This document shows, piece by piece, positions 9,152-18,984 of a stretch of DNA of 51,238 bases (the first letter of the stretch is position 1; each line of letters starts with the position of its first letter). The stretch spans positions 1 to 51,238 of the forward strand of contig JAUZOW010000002.1 of the NCBI GenBank assembly GCA_030706225.1. The letters are read 5' to 3'. The translations under genes were made by a program, and so were the position numbers. Origin of the DNA: Bacteroidota bacterium. Its GTDB lineage: Bacteria; Bacteroidota; Bacteroidia; Bacteroidales; FEN-979. Under the pieces are notes generated by a model that had not been told where the DNA came from, did not search any database, and saw only the letters and a program-made list of their open reading frames with translations.

Positions 9152-10732
9152 CTAATTGTTTTTCTTATCCTGTACGCGTGGATAATCTATTGAAAAATGT
9201 AATCCCCTGCTTTCTTTCCGGTTAAGAGCCATCTTGATAATCAGATACCCGATATTGATGAGGTTTCTCAACTCGCAGATACGGGGAGTCAGGATGGATT
9301 TGTTGTAAAGCTGTTCTGTTTCATTATAAAGGATTGCCAGACGGTCGAAAGCACGTTTCAGACGAAGGTTGGAACGAACAATACCAACATAGCTGGTCAT
9401 GATTGACTGGACTTCTTTCAGGGACTGAGTAATTAAAACCATCTCCTCGTTAAAGACCATGCCTTCTGCATCCCAATCAGGGATTTCCACGCAGAAATCA
9501 ATGTTTTTTACAGCTTCAATAGCATCCTGACTTGCGCGGTGTGAAAATACCGTAGCTTCAAGTAAGCTGTTTGAGGCCAGTCTGTTGGCGCCATGTAATC
9601 CGGTGCAGGAGCACTCGCCGGTAGCATACAGATTACGTATGGAGCTTCTGGCGAATTCATCCACTTTGATTCCGCCGCAAAGGTAATGAGCCGCAGGAAC
9701 CACAGGAATCATATCGCGGGTGATATCGATCCCTTCACTGAGACATTTGGCATAAATTCCGGGAAAATGATCCAGCAAGGCATTTTTATTCAACTGGGTG
9801 CAGTCCAGATAGACATAATCTTCCCCGCTGATTTTCATTTCATTGTCGATAGCTCGTGCAACAATATCACGGGGAGCAAGAGAAAGCCTGGGATCGTATT
9901 TCTGCATAAATTCTTTACCACTGTGGTCTTTCAGCTTGGCACCGAAACCTCTGAGGGCTTCCGAAATGAGGAATGAAGGTCTTTCTTCCGGATTGTACAG
10001 TGCAGTAGGATGGAACTGGATGAATTCCATGTTTTCGACTGCGCCTTTTGCCCGGTAAACCATGGCAATTCCATCACCGGTCGAGATGGTGGGATTCGTG
10101 GTTGTACTGTATACATGTCCTGAGCCTCCTGTTGCAATCAGTGTTACCTTTGACAGGATAGTATCCACGAGATAGGAGCGGGGATTAAGGACATAGGCGC
10201 CATAACAGGTAATATCTTTGGTACGGCGGTTAACTTCTACGCCAAGATGATGCTGGGTGATGAGATCAATGGCGAAATATTCTTCAAGGATTTCGATATT
10301 GGGATGTTTCCGGATCTGTTCCAGGAGAGTGGTTTCAATTTCTTTACCTGTGCTGTCTTTATGATGAAGTACGCGGAATTCCGAATGACCTCCTTCTTTT
10401 CCGAGGTCAAACTGACCTGATTTGGTACGGTCGAATTTAGCACCCCACCGGATTAGCTCTTTAATCCTTTCGGTAGATTCCGTGATAGTGATCCTGACAA
10501 TCTTTTCGTCGCAGATTCCATCTCCTGCAATAAGTGTGTCCTGGATATGTTTTTCGTAGGAATCGGGAGTGTACATCACAGCTGCAATTCCACCCTGAGC
10601 AAAACTGGTAGCAGTATCACCTGCTGTTGATTTTGTGATAATGCATACTTTCCCGTATTTGGCAACTTTAAGCGCAAAGCTTAACCCGGCTATCCCGGAG
10701 CCGATCACGAGAAAATCAACATATTTTCTCAT
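9152..10732 (-). CDS. nadB: L-aspartate oxidase
   Basis: Has the FAD fold 'DFLVIGSGIAGL' right after Met55 of the listed ORF, so I place the start at 10732. Also 'MEFIQFHPTAL' and 'GLHGANRLASNSLLE'. Confidence 0.9.
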   Translation of the reverse strand: MRKYVDFLVIGSGIAGLSFALKVAKYGKVCIITKSTAGDTATSFAQGGIAAVMYTPDSYEKHIQDTLIAGDGICDEKIVRITITESTERIKELIRWGAKFDRTKSGQFDLGKEGGHSEFRVLHHKDSTGKEIETTLLEQIRKHPNIEILEEYFAIDLITQHHLGVEVNRRTKDITCYGAYVLNPRSYLVDTILSKVTLIATGGSGHVYSTTTNPTISTGDGIAMVYRAKGAVENMEFIQFHPTALYNPEERPSFLISEALRGFGAKLKDHSGKEFMQKYDPRLSLAPRDIVARAIDNEMKISGEDYVYLDCTQLNKNALLDHFPGIYAKCLSEGIDITRDMIPVVPAAHYLCGGIKVDEFARSSIRNLYATGECSCTGLHGANRLASNSLLEATVFSHRASQDAIEAVKNIDFCVEIPDWDAEGMVFNEEMVLITQSLKEVQSIMTSYVGIVRSNLRLKRAFDRLAILYNETEQLYNKSILTPRICELRNLINIGYLIIKMALNRKESRGLHFSIDYPRVQDKKNN

Positions 10733-10926
10733 ACTATTTTTTTTTAAAACTTTAATGGAGAAAAACCGGTTTTGCAATGAAAATATTGACCTTACATAAA
10801 AAGAGGCAATTCTCCTTTTTGACAAAGTTACGACATTATTTGACAGATTGATTCTGGCTGCCTTTCGGAGTGCATCTGAGAATACAAGGTGCATGAGTAC
10901 AAGGTATTTCTTGTTCTTATAATAGT

Positions 10927-10934
10927 TATATTTG
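10927..10934 (+). promoter_or_regulatory. Candidate -7 promoter box (TATATTTG)
   Basis: Exact match to TAnnTTTG, 20 nt upstream of the ATG at 10954. Confidence 0.4.
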
Positions 10935-10953
10935 CCGCCTGAAAATATACTGG

Positions 10954-12327
10954 ATGGATTTGATCAGGTCATATATAGAAGAGCATAGCGACCGTTTTGT
11001 GCAGGAACTATTCGGGTTGATACGGATTCCCTCGATCAGTTCAAAATCTGAAAACAGGGAAGACATGATCCGGGCTGCGGAATATTGGAAAAAATGTCTC
11101 CGGGCAGCCGGAGCGGATAAAGCTGAGGTAATTCCGACAGCAGGAAACCCGGCCGTATTTGCACAAAAAATTATAGATCCTTCAAAGCCTACGATTCTGA
11201 TATATGGGCATTATGATGTGATGCCGGTTGATCCGCTGGAGCTGTGGGAAAGCCCTCCGTTCAAACCGGAGATCAGAAACGGCAGAATTTATGCGCGGGG
11301 AGCAGAGGATGATAAAGGCCAGTCATTTATGCATGCCAAAGCGTTTGAGCTTATGGTTAAGACCAAAACTCTTCCCTGTAATGTGAAATTCATGATTGAA
11401 GGGGAAGAAGAAATCGGTTCTCCGAATTTTCCTGCTTTCCTGGAACAAAATAAGCAGAAGCTTCAGGCGGATATTATCCTGATTTCTGATACAGAGCTGA
11501 TATCCATGGATTGTCCATCTGTAACGGTAGGATTGAGAGGCCTGTCATATATGGAAGTGGAAATTACCGGGCCAAACCGGGATCTTCATTCCGGTATCTT
11601 TGGCGGAGCTGTAGCGAATCCGGCAAATATTCTTGCCAGTCTGATCGCTTCGCTGACCGATCATGAAGGAAGGATCACAATACCTGGTTTTTATGACGAT
11701 GTTACAGATGTACCGGAAGAGGAAAGGGCTGAAATGGCTAAGGCTCCTTTTAATGAAGAAGAATATAAAAAAGAACTGGAAATAAATGCTGTCTTTGGCG
11801 AAAAAGGATATTCAACCCGTGAAAGGGTAGGGATCCGGCCTTCGCTGGATGTAAATGGGATCTGGAGCGGATACACCGGAGAAGGAACGAAAACTGTACT
11901 TCCTTCCAAAGCATACGCTAAAATATCGATGAGACTGGTTCCCGGACAGAATCCTGAAAAGATTGCACAATTGTTTGAACGGTATTTTCTTTCTATTTGC
12001 CCACCCTACGTAAAAGCCAGCGTTCGTTACCTTCACGGCGGATTACCCTACGTTTCGCCAATGAATACTCCGGGATATAAAGCTGCAAGCAAAGCTATAG
12101 AGACATCTTTTGGGAAGAAACCGGTACCGGTCAGAAGCGGCGGAAGTATCCCCATCATCTCTCAATTTGAGAAAATTCTGGGAATAAAATCAATTATGAT
12201 GGGATTTGGCCTTGATTGCGATGCAGCGCATTCTCCCAACGAATGCTATCCTCTGGATAACTTTTTTAAAGGAATAGAAACGATTCCCCTGTTCTTCAGC
12301 TACTTTGCCGGGCTTATGAAGAAATAA
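10954..12327 (+). CDS. M20-family dipeptidase / metallohydrolase
   Basis: Motifs: 'GHYDVMPV', 'RGAEDDKGQ', 'EGEEEIGS' and C-terminal 'HSPNE'. Confidence 0.85.
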   Translation: MDLIRSYIEEHSDRFVQELFGLIRIPSISSKSENREDMIRAAEYWKKCLRAAGADKAEVIPTAGNPAVFAQKIIDPSKPTILIYGHYDVMPVDPLELWESPPFKPEIRNGRIYARGAEDDKGQSFMHAKAFELMVKTKTLPCNVKFMIEGEEEIGSPNFPAFLEQNKQKLQADIILISDTELISMDCPSVTVGLRGLSYMEVEITGPNRDLHSGIFGGAVANPANILASLIASLTDHEGRITIPGFYDDVTDVPEEERAEMAKAPFNEEEYKKELEINAVFGEKGYSTRERVGIRPSLDVNGIWSGYTGEGTKTVLPSKAYAKISMRLVPGQNPEKIAQLFERYFLSICPPYVKASVRYLHGGLPYVSPMNTPGYKAASKAIETSFGKKPVPVRSGGSIPIISQFEKILGIKSIMMGFGLDCDAAHSPNECYPLDNFFKGIETIPLFFSYFAGLMKK

Positions 12328-12328
12328 C

Positions 12329-14413
12329 CTATTTCTTCTGCTCTTTAGCAAATGCCGACAATCCTGAATCAAGGAATTTTACGAAGGCATCCACATTCAA
12401 ATCATAGGATCTCGGCTGGGTAAGAATATTTCCTGCTGTATCCAGTAATACATAGTATGGCTGTGAATTTACATTAAACCGGCTGATCTGGAGATCTGCA
12501 AATTTCTTTCCGATCGTCTTCTTTACTTTGCCGTCATATTTAGATGTAATCCATTCGTTTTCAGGTAATTCTGTTTTGTCATCGACATATAATGCCGTCA
12601 CGATGAAATTTTCACGCAGGCGTTTCAAAACCTGTGGATCCGACCATACATTAGCTTCCATTTCCCGGCAATTGACACATCCATGGCCTGTAAAATCAAT
12701 GAACAGTGGCTTGTTTTGTTTTTTTGCACATTCCAATGCCTGTTTATAGTCAAAATATCCCTGAAGTCCGTGAGGCAGGTGGAATAAATCATTGTACTTA
12801 GGCGTTTCGCACAAAGTGCTTCGTTCTCCGGATCCGGGTGCTTGTCCTGCCACTGCCTGGACTTCATTGTGTATGATAGCATTCAGATCAAAATCAAGAG
12901 TGGTTTGCGGAGGGAGGTAACCGGATAATGCTTTCAGGGGAGCTCCCCACATTCCCGGGATCATATAAACCACAAAAGTGAAAGTGATGATGGACAAAAC
13001 CAATCTGGGAACACTGATGTAGGGAAGATCCGAATCGTGGTTGAATTTCAGTTTTCCAAGCAGGTAAAATCCCAGCATAGTAAAAATTACGATCCACATT
13101 CCAAGGTAAACTTCCCGGTCGAGAATATGCCAATGATAGGTTTGGTCGGCAATGCTTAAAAATTTCAATCCAAGTGCGAGTTCGATGAACCCCAGCACTA
13201 CTTTAACAGAGTTCAGCCATCCTCCGGATTTAGGTAATCCGGCAAGCCAGGTAGGGAAGAAGGCAAACAAGGTAAAAGGAAGTGCAAAAGCAATGGAAAA
13301 TCCGAGCATTCCGATAATGGGCTTCAGAAGCGCTCCACCTGCAGATTGAACCAGAAGCGCTCCCACAATAGGTCCTGTACATGAAAAGGAAACCAGAACC
13401 AGTGTAAATGCCATAAAAAAAGCGCCACGGTAACCACCTTGATCAGCCTGCTTATCCGCTTTATTCACCATCCAGCTGGGGAGGGTGATATCAAACAATC
13501 CCAGGAAGGAAGCGGCAAATACCATGAAAATGACAAAGAACAGAATATTTGGAAGCCAGTGTGTACTCAGAAAATTAGCAAAATTGGGGCCCATTGTCAC
13601 CGCAACGAGAGTTCCGATCAGAGTATAGATCAGAACGATCGACAGACCGTAAACAATTGCTTCCATCCGGGCTTTTTGCTTACTTTTCGTATCGTGCATG
13701 AAAAAGCTGACGGTCATTGGGATCATCGGGAAGACGCAGGGAGTAATGATAGCTGCCAATCCTGCCAGGAAAGAAATAAGGAAAAACCAGAACATGGAAT
13801 GGGATTCGGCTTTATCGGCGACCGTAGCTTTAAGCTCTGCCTGAGCTTTTACTTTATTCATAGTATCAGAGGCAGAAGGGGCTTTTGCGATCACAGCTTT
13901 TACGGTATCAGTAACAGCTACTCCTGTTTTGGTCGGTTCTACAATATTTCCAGCAGGGTTTCCTTTGACATTGAACGAAATATCTTCTTCAGAAGGAGGC
14001 AGACATTTACTGTCATTGCAGCACATGAATTCCAGCGATCCCTTGACGACAAAATCTTTTTTCCCCAACACTTTGATTTTCTGGCGGAAAGTAGCTTTAT
14101 CGCCGAAAAATTTCAACAGCATTTTGAAATTGGGGTCATTTTCCTCAATGGGCTTGGGCTCAATTACTTTTCCTACCAGCTCATAATCAGTACTTTTAGT
14201 AAAATGGAAAGAAGTAGGAACAGGGCCTCCTTCCTTGATGAACTGGGAATAAATATGCCATCCTTTATCAATTTTTGCTGTCAGGAGCAAAGTTGCTTCT
14301 CCAGGTTGGCGCTGTTCAACACTGTAAGACCATTTTACCGGTTCGAGTACCTGAGAATATAAAGGGAGGGATAAAATAACCAAAGCCGCAAGGGCAATGA
14401 GAGCTTTTTTCAT
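12329..14413 (-). CDS. dsbD: Thiol:disulfide interchange protein DsbD (N-domain + CcdA-like membrane core + thioredoxin domain)
   Basis: Has a signal peptide and an N-domain with 'CCNDSKCLPP'. The multi-TM core carries 'ITPCVFPMIP' and 'FSCTGP'. The C-terminal thioredoxin fold has the CxxC motif 'GHGCVNC'. Confidence 0.9.
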   Translation of the reverse strand: MKKALIALAALVILSLPLYSQVLEPVKWSYSVEQRQPGEATLLLTAKIDKGWHIYSQFIKEGGPVPTSFHFTKSTDYELVGKVIEPKPIEENDPNFKMLLKFFGDKATFRQKIKVLGKKDFVVKGSLEFMCCNDSKCLPPSEEDISFNVKGNPAGNIVEPTKTGVAVTDTVKAVIAKAPSASDTMNKVKAQAELKATVADKAESHSMFWFFLISFLAGLAAIITPCVFPMIPMTVSFFMHDTKSKQKARMEAIVYGLSIVLIYTLIGTLVAVTMGPNFANFLSTHWLPNILFFVIFMVFAASFLGLFDITLPSWMVNKADKQADQGGYRGAFFMAFTLVLVSFSCTGPIVGALLVQSAGGALLKPIIGMLGFSIAFALPFTLFAFFPTWLAGLPKSGGWLNSVKVVLGFIELALGLKFLSIADQTYHWHILDREVYLGMWIVIFTMLGFYLLGKLKFNHDSDLPYISVPRLVLSIITFTFVVYMIPGMWGAPLKALSGYLPPQTTLDFDLNAIIHNEVQAVAGQAPGSGERSTLCETPKYNDLFHLPHGLQGYFDYKQALECAKKQNKPLFIDFTGHGCVNCREMEANVWSDPQVLKRLRENFIVTALYVDDKTELPENEWITSKYDGKVKKTIGKKFADLQISRFNVNSQPYYVLLDTAGNILTQPRSYDLNVDAFVKFLDSGLSAFAKEQKK

Positions 14414-14444
14414 GTGGAATACCAGATAAATCGGTTTAGATGCA

Positions 14445-14452
14445 CAAATGTA
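14445..14452 (-). promoter_or_regulatory. Candidate -7 promoter box (TACATTTG on minus strand)
   Basis: Plus-strand CAAATGTA is the reverse complement of TAnnTTTG. It lies 32 nt upstream of the dsbD ATG (14413). Confidence 0.35.
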
Positions 14453-14461
14453 ACTATTTTT

Positions 14462-15802
14462 TTATATCATCTTCCGGATGACAAAAACATCTTTTGTCCG
14501 GTTAGTAATCCGGAACCGGTGATCGATCCGGTGTCCCACAATCCACACAATCCGTTCCCCGGAACAAAGTATCCACGTGCTCTCTTTTTCAGGGATGGAA
14601 AATTTTTCATCAATAAAGAAATCGCTTATTTTTTTCCGGATATACTTTCCGAAAGGATAAAACATATCTCCCGGTTGCCATTTCCGGAGGGTAAGAGGGA
14701 ACGTGAGTTTTGCCATATCCAGGTATGCATAATCCTCTGAGGGATTGATTCTGAAACCCTTTATGATCGATTTTATCTCAAAAGAAAGGTTCAGCGGCTT
14801 ATGGATCCGTTTTGCGCTTTTATGAATATAGTAAATTTCCGGCTTATCTTTTAAATCATCTGTTTTTTTAAGGGGAATCATGATGTACCGTTCCCTGTCT
14901 TTAATCAGTCGCCAGGAAGGGGAGAAGAAGACCGCTCCCGGTGCATCATCCAGCGTTCCGGCAATATCGTTTGCCTGCGATGCGGTAAACCCGTATGGAA
15001 AGAGAAATTCGAAAAGGAAAGTGGAAAGCGGATGAATGTTTTTTAATGCAGGTACTGAAATAAATATTTCATCTTCCTTTCCGGAGAACGCTTCCTTTTT
15101 CTTTTCATCAATGTACTCCCGGTATATAGTTTCTGCATTTCTGACGTTACGGATATTTTCCGTCATAATGGCTTTAAAATCCGGGTTTATTTCAACGAGG
15201 AGCGGGATTAGCTGATGGCGGATCTTGTTCCGGAGATATTTATTTTCCTTATTTGTCCGGTCTTCGCGATAGGTAAGATGATTATCGGCGACAAACTTTT
15301 CAATATCCGATCTCCAAAGGAAGAGCAGAGGATGAATAATCATTCCCTGCCGGGGAAGAATTCCGTGAAGCCCTGCAATTCCTGTACTCCGGAAAAGATT
15401 AATGAAAAAAGTCTCCAATTCGTCATCCAGGTGATGGGCAGTGGCGATGCAGTCGTACTTTTCTTTTTTGGCTACTTTAAAAAACCAGTTGTACCGTAGT
15501 TCCCGTGCTGCCATCTGGATTGATATTTTCTTTTCATTGGCGTAACGGTGGGTTTGAAACCGGTGGCAATAAAAGGGGACATGGTATTGCTTTGCCAGTT
15601 CCTGAACAAATTCTTCATCACCGGACGAATCTTTTCCTCTTAACTGGAAGTTGCAATGAGCGATTCCGAATTTCCTTCCGGATTGTGCAAAAAATTCGCA
15701 CATCGAAACAGAATCAATTCCTCCGCTTACAGTAAGAAGAGTTTTCTCACCCGGACGAATAAGAGAATTATTTTCAATGAAATGATCGAACTTATCAAGC
15801 AT
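14462..15802 (-). CDS. tilS: tRNA(Ile)-lysidine synthase
   Basis: PP-loop 'SGGIDS' near the N-terminus. The ATG at 15802 gives MLDKFDHF.... The listed 15829 start is a TTG lying inside the korAB terminator T-run. Confidence 0.9.
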   Translation of the reverse strand: MLDKFDHFIENNSLIRPGEKTLLTVSGGIDSVSMCEFFAQSGRKFGIAHCNFQLRGKDSSGDEEFVQELAKQYHVPFYCHRFQTHRYANEKKISIQMAARELRYNWFFKVAKKEKYDCIATAHHLDDELETFFINLFRSTGIAGLHGILPRQGMIIHPLLFLWRSDIEKFVADNHLTYREDRTNKENKYLRNKIRHQLIPLLVEINPDFKAIMTENIRNVRNAETIYREYIDEKKKEAFSGKEDEIFISVPALKNIHPLSTFLFEFLFPYGFTASQANDIAGTLDDAPGAVFFSPSWRLIKDRERYIMIPLKKTDDLKDKPEIYYIHKSAKRIHKPLNLSFEIKSIIKGFRINPSEDYAYLDMAKLTFPLTLRKWQPGDMFYPFGKYIRKKISDFFIDEKFSIPEKESTWILCSGERIVWIVGHRIDHRFRITNRTKDVFVIRKMI

Positions 15803-15806
15803 AAAG

Positions 15807-15814
15807 CAAAAATA
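15807..15814 (-). promoter_or_regulatory. Candidate -7 promoter box (TATTTTTG on minus strand) for tilS
   Basis: Plus-strand CAAAAATA, only 4 nt upstream of the tilS ATG. This implies a leaderless or near-leaderless mRNA. Confidence 0.35.
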
Positions 15815-15820
15815 ACAATG

Positions 15821-15864
15821 AAAAAACAAACCCCGGTTGCTTTCCTTATAAAAAGCAACCGGGG
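15821..15864 (-). terminator. Rho-independent terminator of korAB
   Basis: Perfect 11-bp stem CCCCGGTTGCT (15831-15841) / AGCAACCGGGG (15854-15864). On the minus strand it is followed by TTTGTTTTTT (15830-15821). Lies 36 nt after the korB stop. Confidence 0.8.
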
Positions 15865-15899
15865 CATTAAAGCGTATTTTCAGGAAACGGAAGGGAATA

Positions 15900-16946
15900 T
15901 TATTTAATTTCCCAGGTTTCTCCTGAGTTTAACAGGTCATCCACACATTTGATCTTGGATGTTTCCTTAGCGTATTTAATCTGATCTTCCACAAGGTCAT
16001 CAAAAGTGGGGAACATAGCAGAACGGATAACTCCGAATACCATAGGAAATTTAGGCGGTGCCAGTTTTGCAAGCATCAGCTGGATTCCAGGATCCTGATC
16101 ATACTGATCATGGACAAGAATATCATTTTCAGTAACACCGTTCTTTCCGATTTCAACTACTTCAATCTTGGTTCCGTTCAGTCGGAGGCCTTTGTCCTTG
16201 TTTTTCCCGAAGATCATAGGGTCTCCGTTCTTAAGGATCAGCATATTTTCATCCTTGGTATCTTTACCGGTAATGTCATTATGGGCTTTATCCGCAAAGA
16301 TTACACAATTTTGAAGAACTTCAATGATCGCAGTTCCATCATGTTTAGCTGCTTCGAACATTGCTTCCGTCAGCAGGTTCAGGTTGTTGTCAGGCACTCT
16401 GGCAAAGAAAGTTCCTTCTGCTCCCATAACCAATTCGCCGATGTTGAAAGGATGTTCAATCGTTCCCATTGGAGAGGTCTTTGTGACTCTTCCCATTGGA
16501 GTTGTCGGTGAATATTGCCCTTTAGTCAAACCGTAGATCTGGTTATTAAAGAGGAGGATATTGACATCTACATTCCGGCGGATAATATGAATAAAGTGAT
16601 TTCCACCGATAGCCAGGGAGTCACCATCGCCGGTTGCAATCCAGACACTGAGTTTTGGGTTTGCGACTTTCACTCCGGTTCCGATAGCGGCAGCCCGTCC
16701 GTGAATACCATGGATTCCGTATGTGTTGACATAATAGGGGAATCTTGAAGAGCAACCGATACCGGATACCATACAGAAATTTTCTTTACGGTAACCGATT
16801 TTTGGGAATACGCGTTCCACTGCATTCAGAATGGCATGGGAGCCACATCCGGGGCACCATTTCACCATCTGGTCGCTTTCAAAATCCGCTTTACATAATT
16901 GAACAGAAGAACGTTCAATGGTTTTATTGATAAAATCCGATTCCAT
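15900..16946 (-). CDS. korB: 2-oxoacid:ferredoxin oxidoreductase, beta subunit (KorB type)
   Basis: Has 'WCPGCGSHAIL' and the TPP motif 'GDGDSLAIGGNHFIH'. Lies 3 nt downstream of korA. Confidence 0.9.
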   Translation of the reverse strand: MESDFINKTIERSSVQLCKADFESDQMVKWCPGCGSHAILNAVERVFPKIGYRKENFCMVSGIGCSSRFPYYVNTYGIHGIHGRAAAIGTGVKVANPKLSVWIATGDGDSLAIGGNHFIHIIRRNVDVNILLFNNQIYGLTKGQYSPTTPMGRVTKTSPMGTIEHPFNIGELVMGAEGTFFARVPDNNLNLLTEAMFEAAKHDGTAIIEVLQNCVIFADKAHNDITGKDTKDENMLILKNGDPMIFGKNKDKGLRLNGTKIEVVEIGKNGVTENDILVHDQYDQDPGIQLMLAKLAPPKFPMVFGVIRSAMFPTFDDLVEDQIKYAKETSKIKCVDDLLNSGETWEIK

Positions 16947-16949
16947 ATC

Positions 16950-18800
16950 TTATTTCTCCTCCAGAAGTTGATTGAATTTTTCGGTTAATTCAGTGATTGT
17001 GAAAGGCAGTCCCTGAACCTTGTTTACCTGATGGTAGTTATCTTTCGGGAATTTTGCTTTCAGGTACTGGACAAATTGCCCGCTGTTCAGTTCGCAAACC
17101 ACGATTTTTTTGAACCCTTTCAGAACTTTTTCGGTATTTTTCGGAAGGGGCATGATGTATTTAAAATGTGCATGGCTGATCTTTTTCCCTTCTGCCTTTA
17201 ATTGCTGAACGGCAATATGGACTGCACCATATGTGCTTCCCCAGCTCACAACCAGAAGATCGCCTTCTTTATCTCCGTCAATTTCCTGTTCAGGAATAAA
17301 ATCAGCGACTTTTTCAACTTTTGCTGCCCGTAAATCCACCATCAATTGATGATTTGCAGGATCTGTGGAAACCGAACCGATAATGTTTTCTTTTTCCAAT
17401 CCCCCAACTCTGTGGCGAAGTCCTTCCGTTCCCGGAATAGCCCATTGACGGACCAATGTTTCAGGATCTCTGCGGTAAGGTTTATAATCCGGATCATTTG
17501 GCTTTGCAAGAGGAGGATTGATCGGTGGGAGATCTGCCATTTTCGGGATTTTGAATAATGCCGATCCGAATCCCAGTGTTCCATCGGTAAGAAAGATACA
17601 GGGAGTCATATGCTCCATGGAAAGCTTGGCAGCCATAAATGCATAATAGAAGCAATCTTCAGGAGTGGAGGCTGCGATGACAATGACAGGGCACTCACCG
17701 TTTCTTCCGTAAAGAGCCTGCATAAGGTCAGATTGTTCCGATTTCGTAGGCAATCCCGTGGATGGTCCGGCGCGCTGAACATCTACGATGATAAGAGGAA
17801 GTTCGGTCATGACAGCCAATCCGATGGCTTCGCTTTTCAGTGAAAAACCAGGTCCGGAAGTAGTTGTACATGCCATTGCACCGGTAAAGCTGGCTCCAAT
17901 AGCTGAACAAACACCTGCAATTTCATCTTCTGCCTGAAATACCTTGGCACCTAAAGATTTCCATTTAGCAAGTTCAACAAGGATATCTGTTGCAGGAGTT
18001 ATAGGGTATGAACCGAGGAATAACGGCCTTCCTGATTTTTCAGAAGCAGCCAGTAACCCCCATGCGGTTGCTAAATTTCCGTTGATATCACGGTACTTTC
18101 CTTTTTCCATTTTGGCAGGAGGTATCGAGATAGTGGATTCAACCGCTTCAATAGTATCTGCAAAAGCATAGCCTGCCTTGAGTACAACGGTATTGATATC
18201 TATGAGGCGTGGATTTTTCTTGAATTTGATCTCAAAGTAGCTTATTGCCTGTTTTAAATCGCGGTTGAAAATAAAATAAAGCATACCCAAAGCAAACATA
18301 TTCTTGCTCCGTTCTGCTGTTTTGTTGTCAACATCCATCTCTTTCAGACTCCCTTTGGTAAGAGAGGTTATGGGAGCAGGGATAACCTGGTAGCTGTTCA
18401 GACTGCCATCCGTAATGGGATTAGATTTATAGCCTGCTTTTTCAATTGATTTTTCATCAAAGGCATCAACATCCAGGATCAGCGTAGCCCCCTTCTTAGC
18501 CCAATTCAGATTAGCTTTCAGTGAAGCAGGGTTCATGGCTACGATGACATCGCAGAGGTCACCGATTGTAAATATTTTTTTGCTTCCCAGATGGACCTGA
18601 AAGCCTGAAACCCCAGGAACCGTATTTTGCGGAGCCCTTATCTCGGCTGGAAAATCCGGGAAAGTTGCCAGGTCATTACCCGCAACTGCGGCCGAATCGG
18701 AAAAAATATTTCCGGAGAGCTGCATGCCGTCACCCGAATCGCCGACAAATTTTACGACAACGGAATCTCTTTCGACAACATTTCTCTTTTTCTTCGTCAT
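16950..18800 (-). CDS. korA: 2-oxoacid:ferredoxin oxidoreductase, fused gamma/alpha subunit (KorA type)
   Basis: 616 aa. The N-terminal gamma-like domain has 'KFVGDSGDGMQLSG'. The alpha domain has 'GSYPITPATDIL'. Confidence 0.9.
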   Translation of the reverse strand: MTKKKRNVVERDSVVVKFVGDSGDGMQLSGNIFSDSAAVAGNDLATFPDFPAEIRAPQNTVPGVSGFQVHLGSKKIFTIGDLCDVIVAMNPASLKANLNWAKKGATLILDVDAFDEKSIEKAGYKSNPITDGSLNSYQVIPAPITSLTKGSLKEMDVDNKTAERSKNMFALGMLYFIFNRDLKQAISYFEIKFKKNPRLIDINTVVLKAGYAFADTIEAVESTISIPPAKMEKGKYRDINGNLATAWGLLAASEKSGRPLFLGSYPITPATDILVELAKWKSLGAKVFQAEDEIAGVCSAIGASFTGAMACTTTSGPGFSLKSEAIGLAVMTELPLIIVDVQRAGPSTGLPTKSEQSDLMQALYGRNGECPVIVIAASTPEDCFYYAFMAAKLSMEHMTPCIFLTDGTLGFGSALFKIPKMADLPPINPPLAKPNDPDYKPYRRDPETLVRQWAIPGTEGLRHRVGGLEKENIIGSVSTDPANHQLMVDLRAAKVEKVADFIPEQEIDGDKEGDLLVVSWGSTYGAVHIAVQQLKAEGKKISHAHFKYIMPLPKNTEKVLKGFKKIVVCELNSGQFVQYLKAKFPKDNYHQVNKVQGLPFTITELTEKFNQLLEEK

Positions 18801-18801
18801 A

Positions 18802-18823
18802 ATGTTAATGCTTTATGTTAATG
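18802..18823. repeat. 9-bp direct repeat ATGTTAATG x2 in the korA 5' leader
   Basis: Copies at 18802-18810 and 18815-18823, immediately upstream of the korA start codon (18800). Confidence 0.6.
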
Positions 18824-18842
18824 GTAATTAAGTTGAGGAATG

Positions 18843-18850
18843 CAAAGTTA
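18843..18850 (-). promoter_or_regulatory. Candidate -7 promoter box (TAACTTTG on minus strand) for korAB
   Basis: Plus-strand CAAAGTTA, 43 nt upstream of the korA ATG. Confidence 0.4.
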
Positions 18851-18853
18851 CCA

Positions 18854-18868
18854 AATTCGTACCGAATT
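18854..18868. promoter_or_regulatory. Perfect 6-3-6 palindrome AATTCG-TAC-CGAATT (possible operator)
   Basis: Read directly from the sequence. It abuts the upstream edge of the candidate korAB -7 box. Confidence 0.35.
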
Positions 18869-18984
18869 AACCAGCCAGGTGATCGTTTATTTAAAAGCAA
18901 CCGGAGTAAAACAAAAAGTTTTATTCTGTATTTCAGAAAGATGCCATGAAAATATCCGGAAAAAATTGGATATTAAAAAAAATG

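Noticed and set aside
10733-10894. 54-codon N-terminal extension of nadB in the listed 580-aa ORF.
   Set aside because: The FAD-binding GSGIAGL fold begins right after Met55. The extension has no protein-like features and would consume the divergent promoter region.
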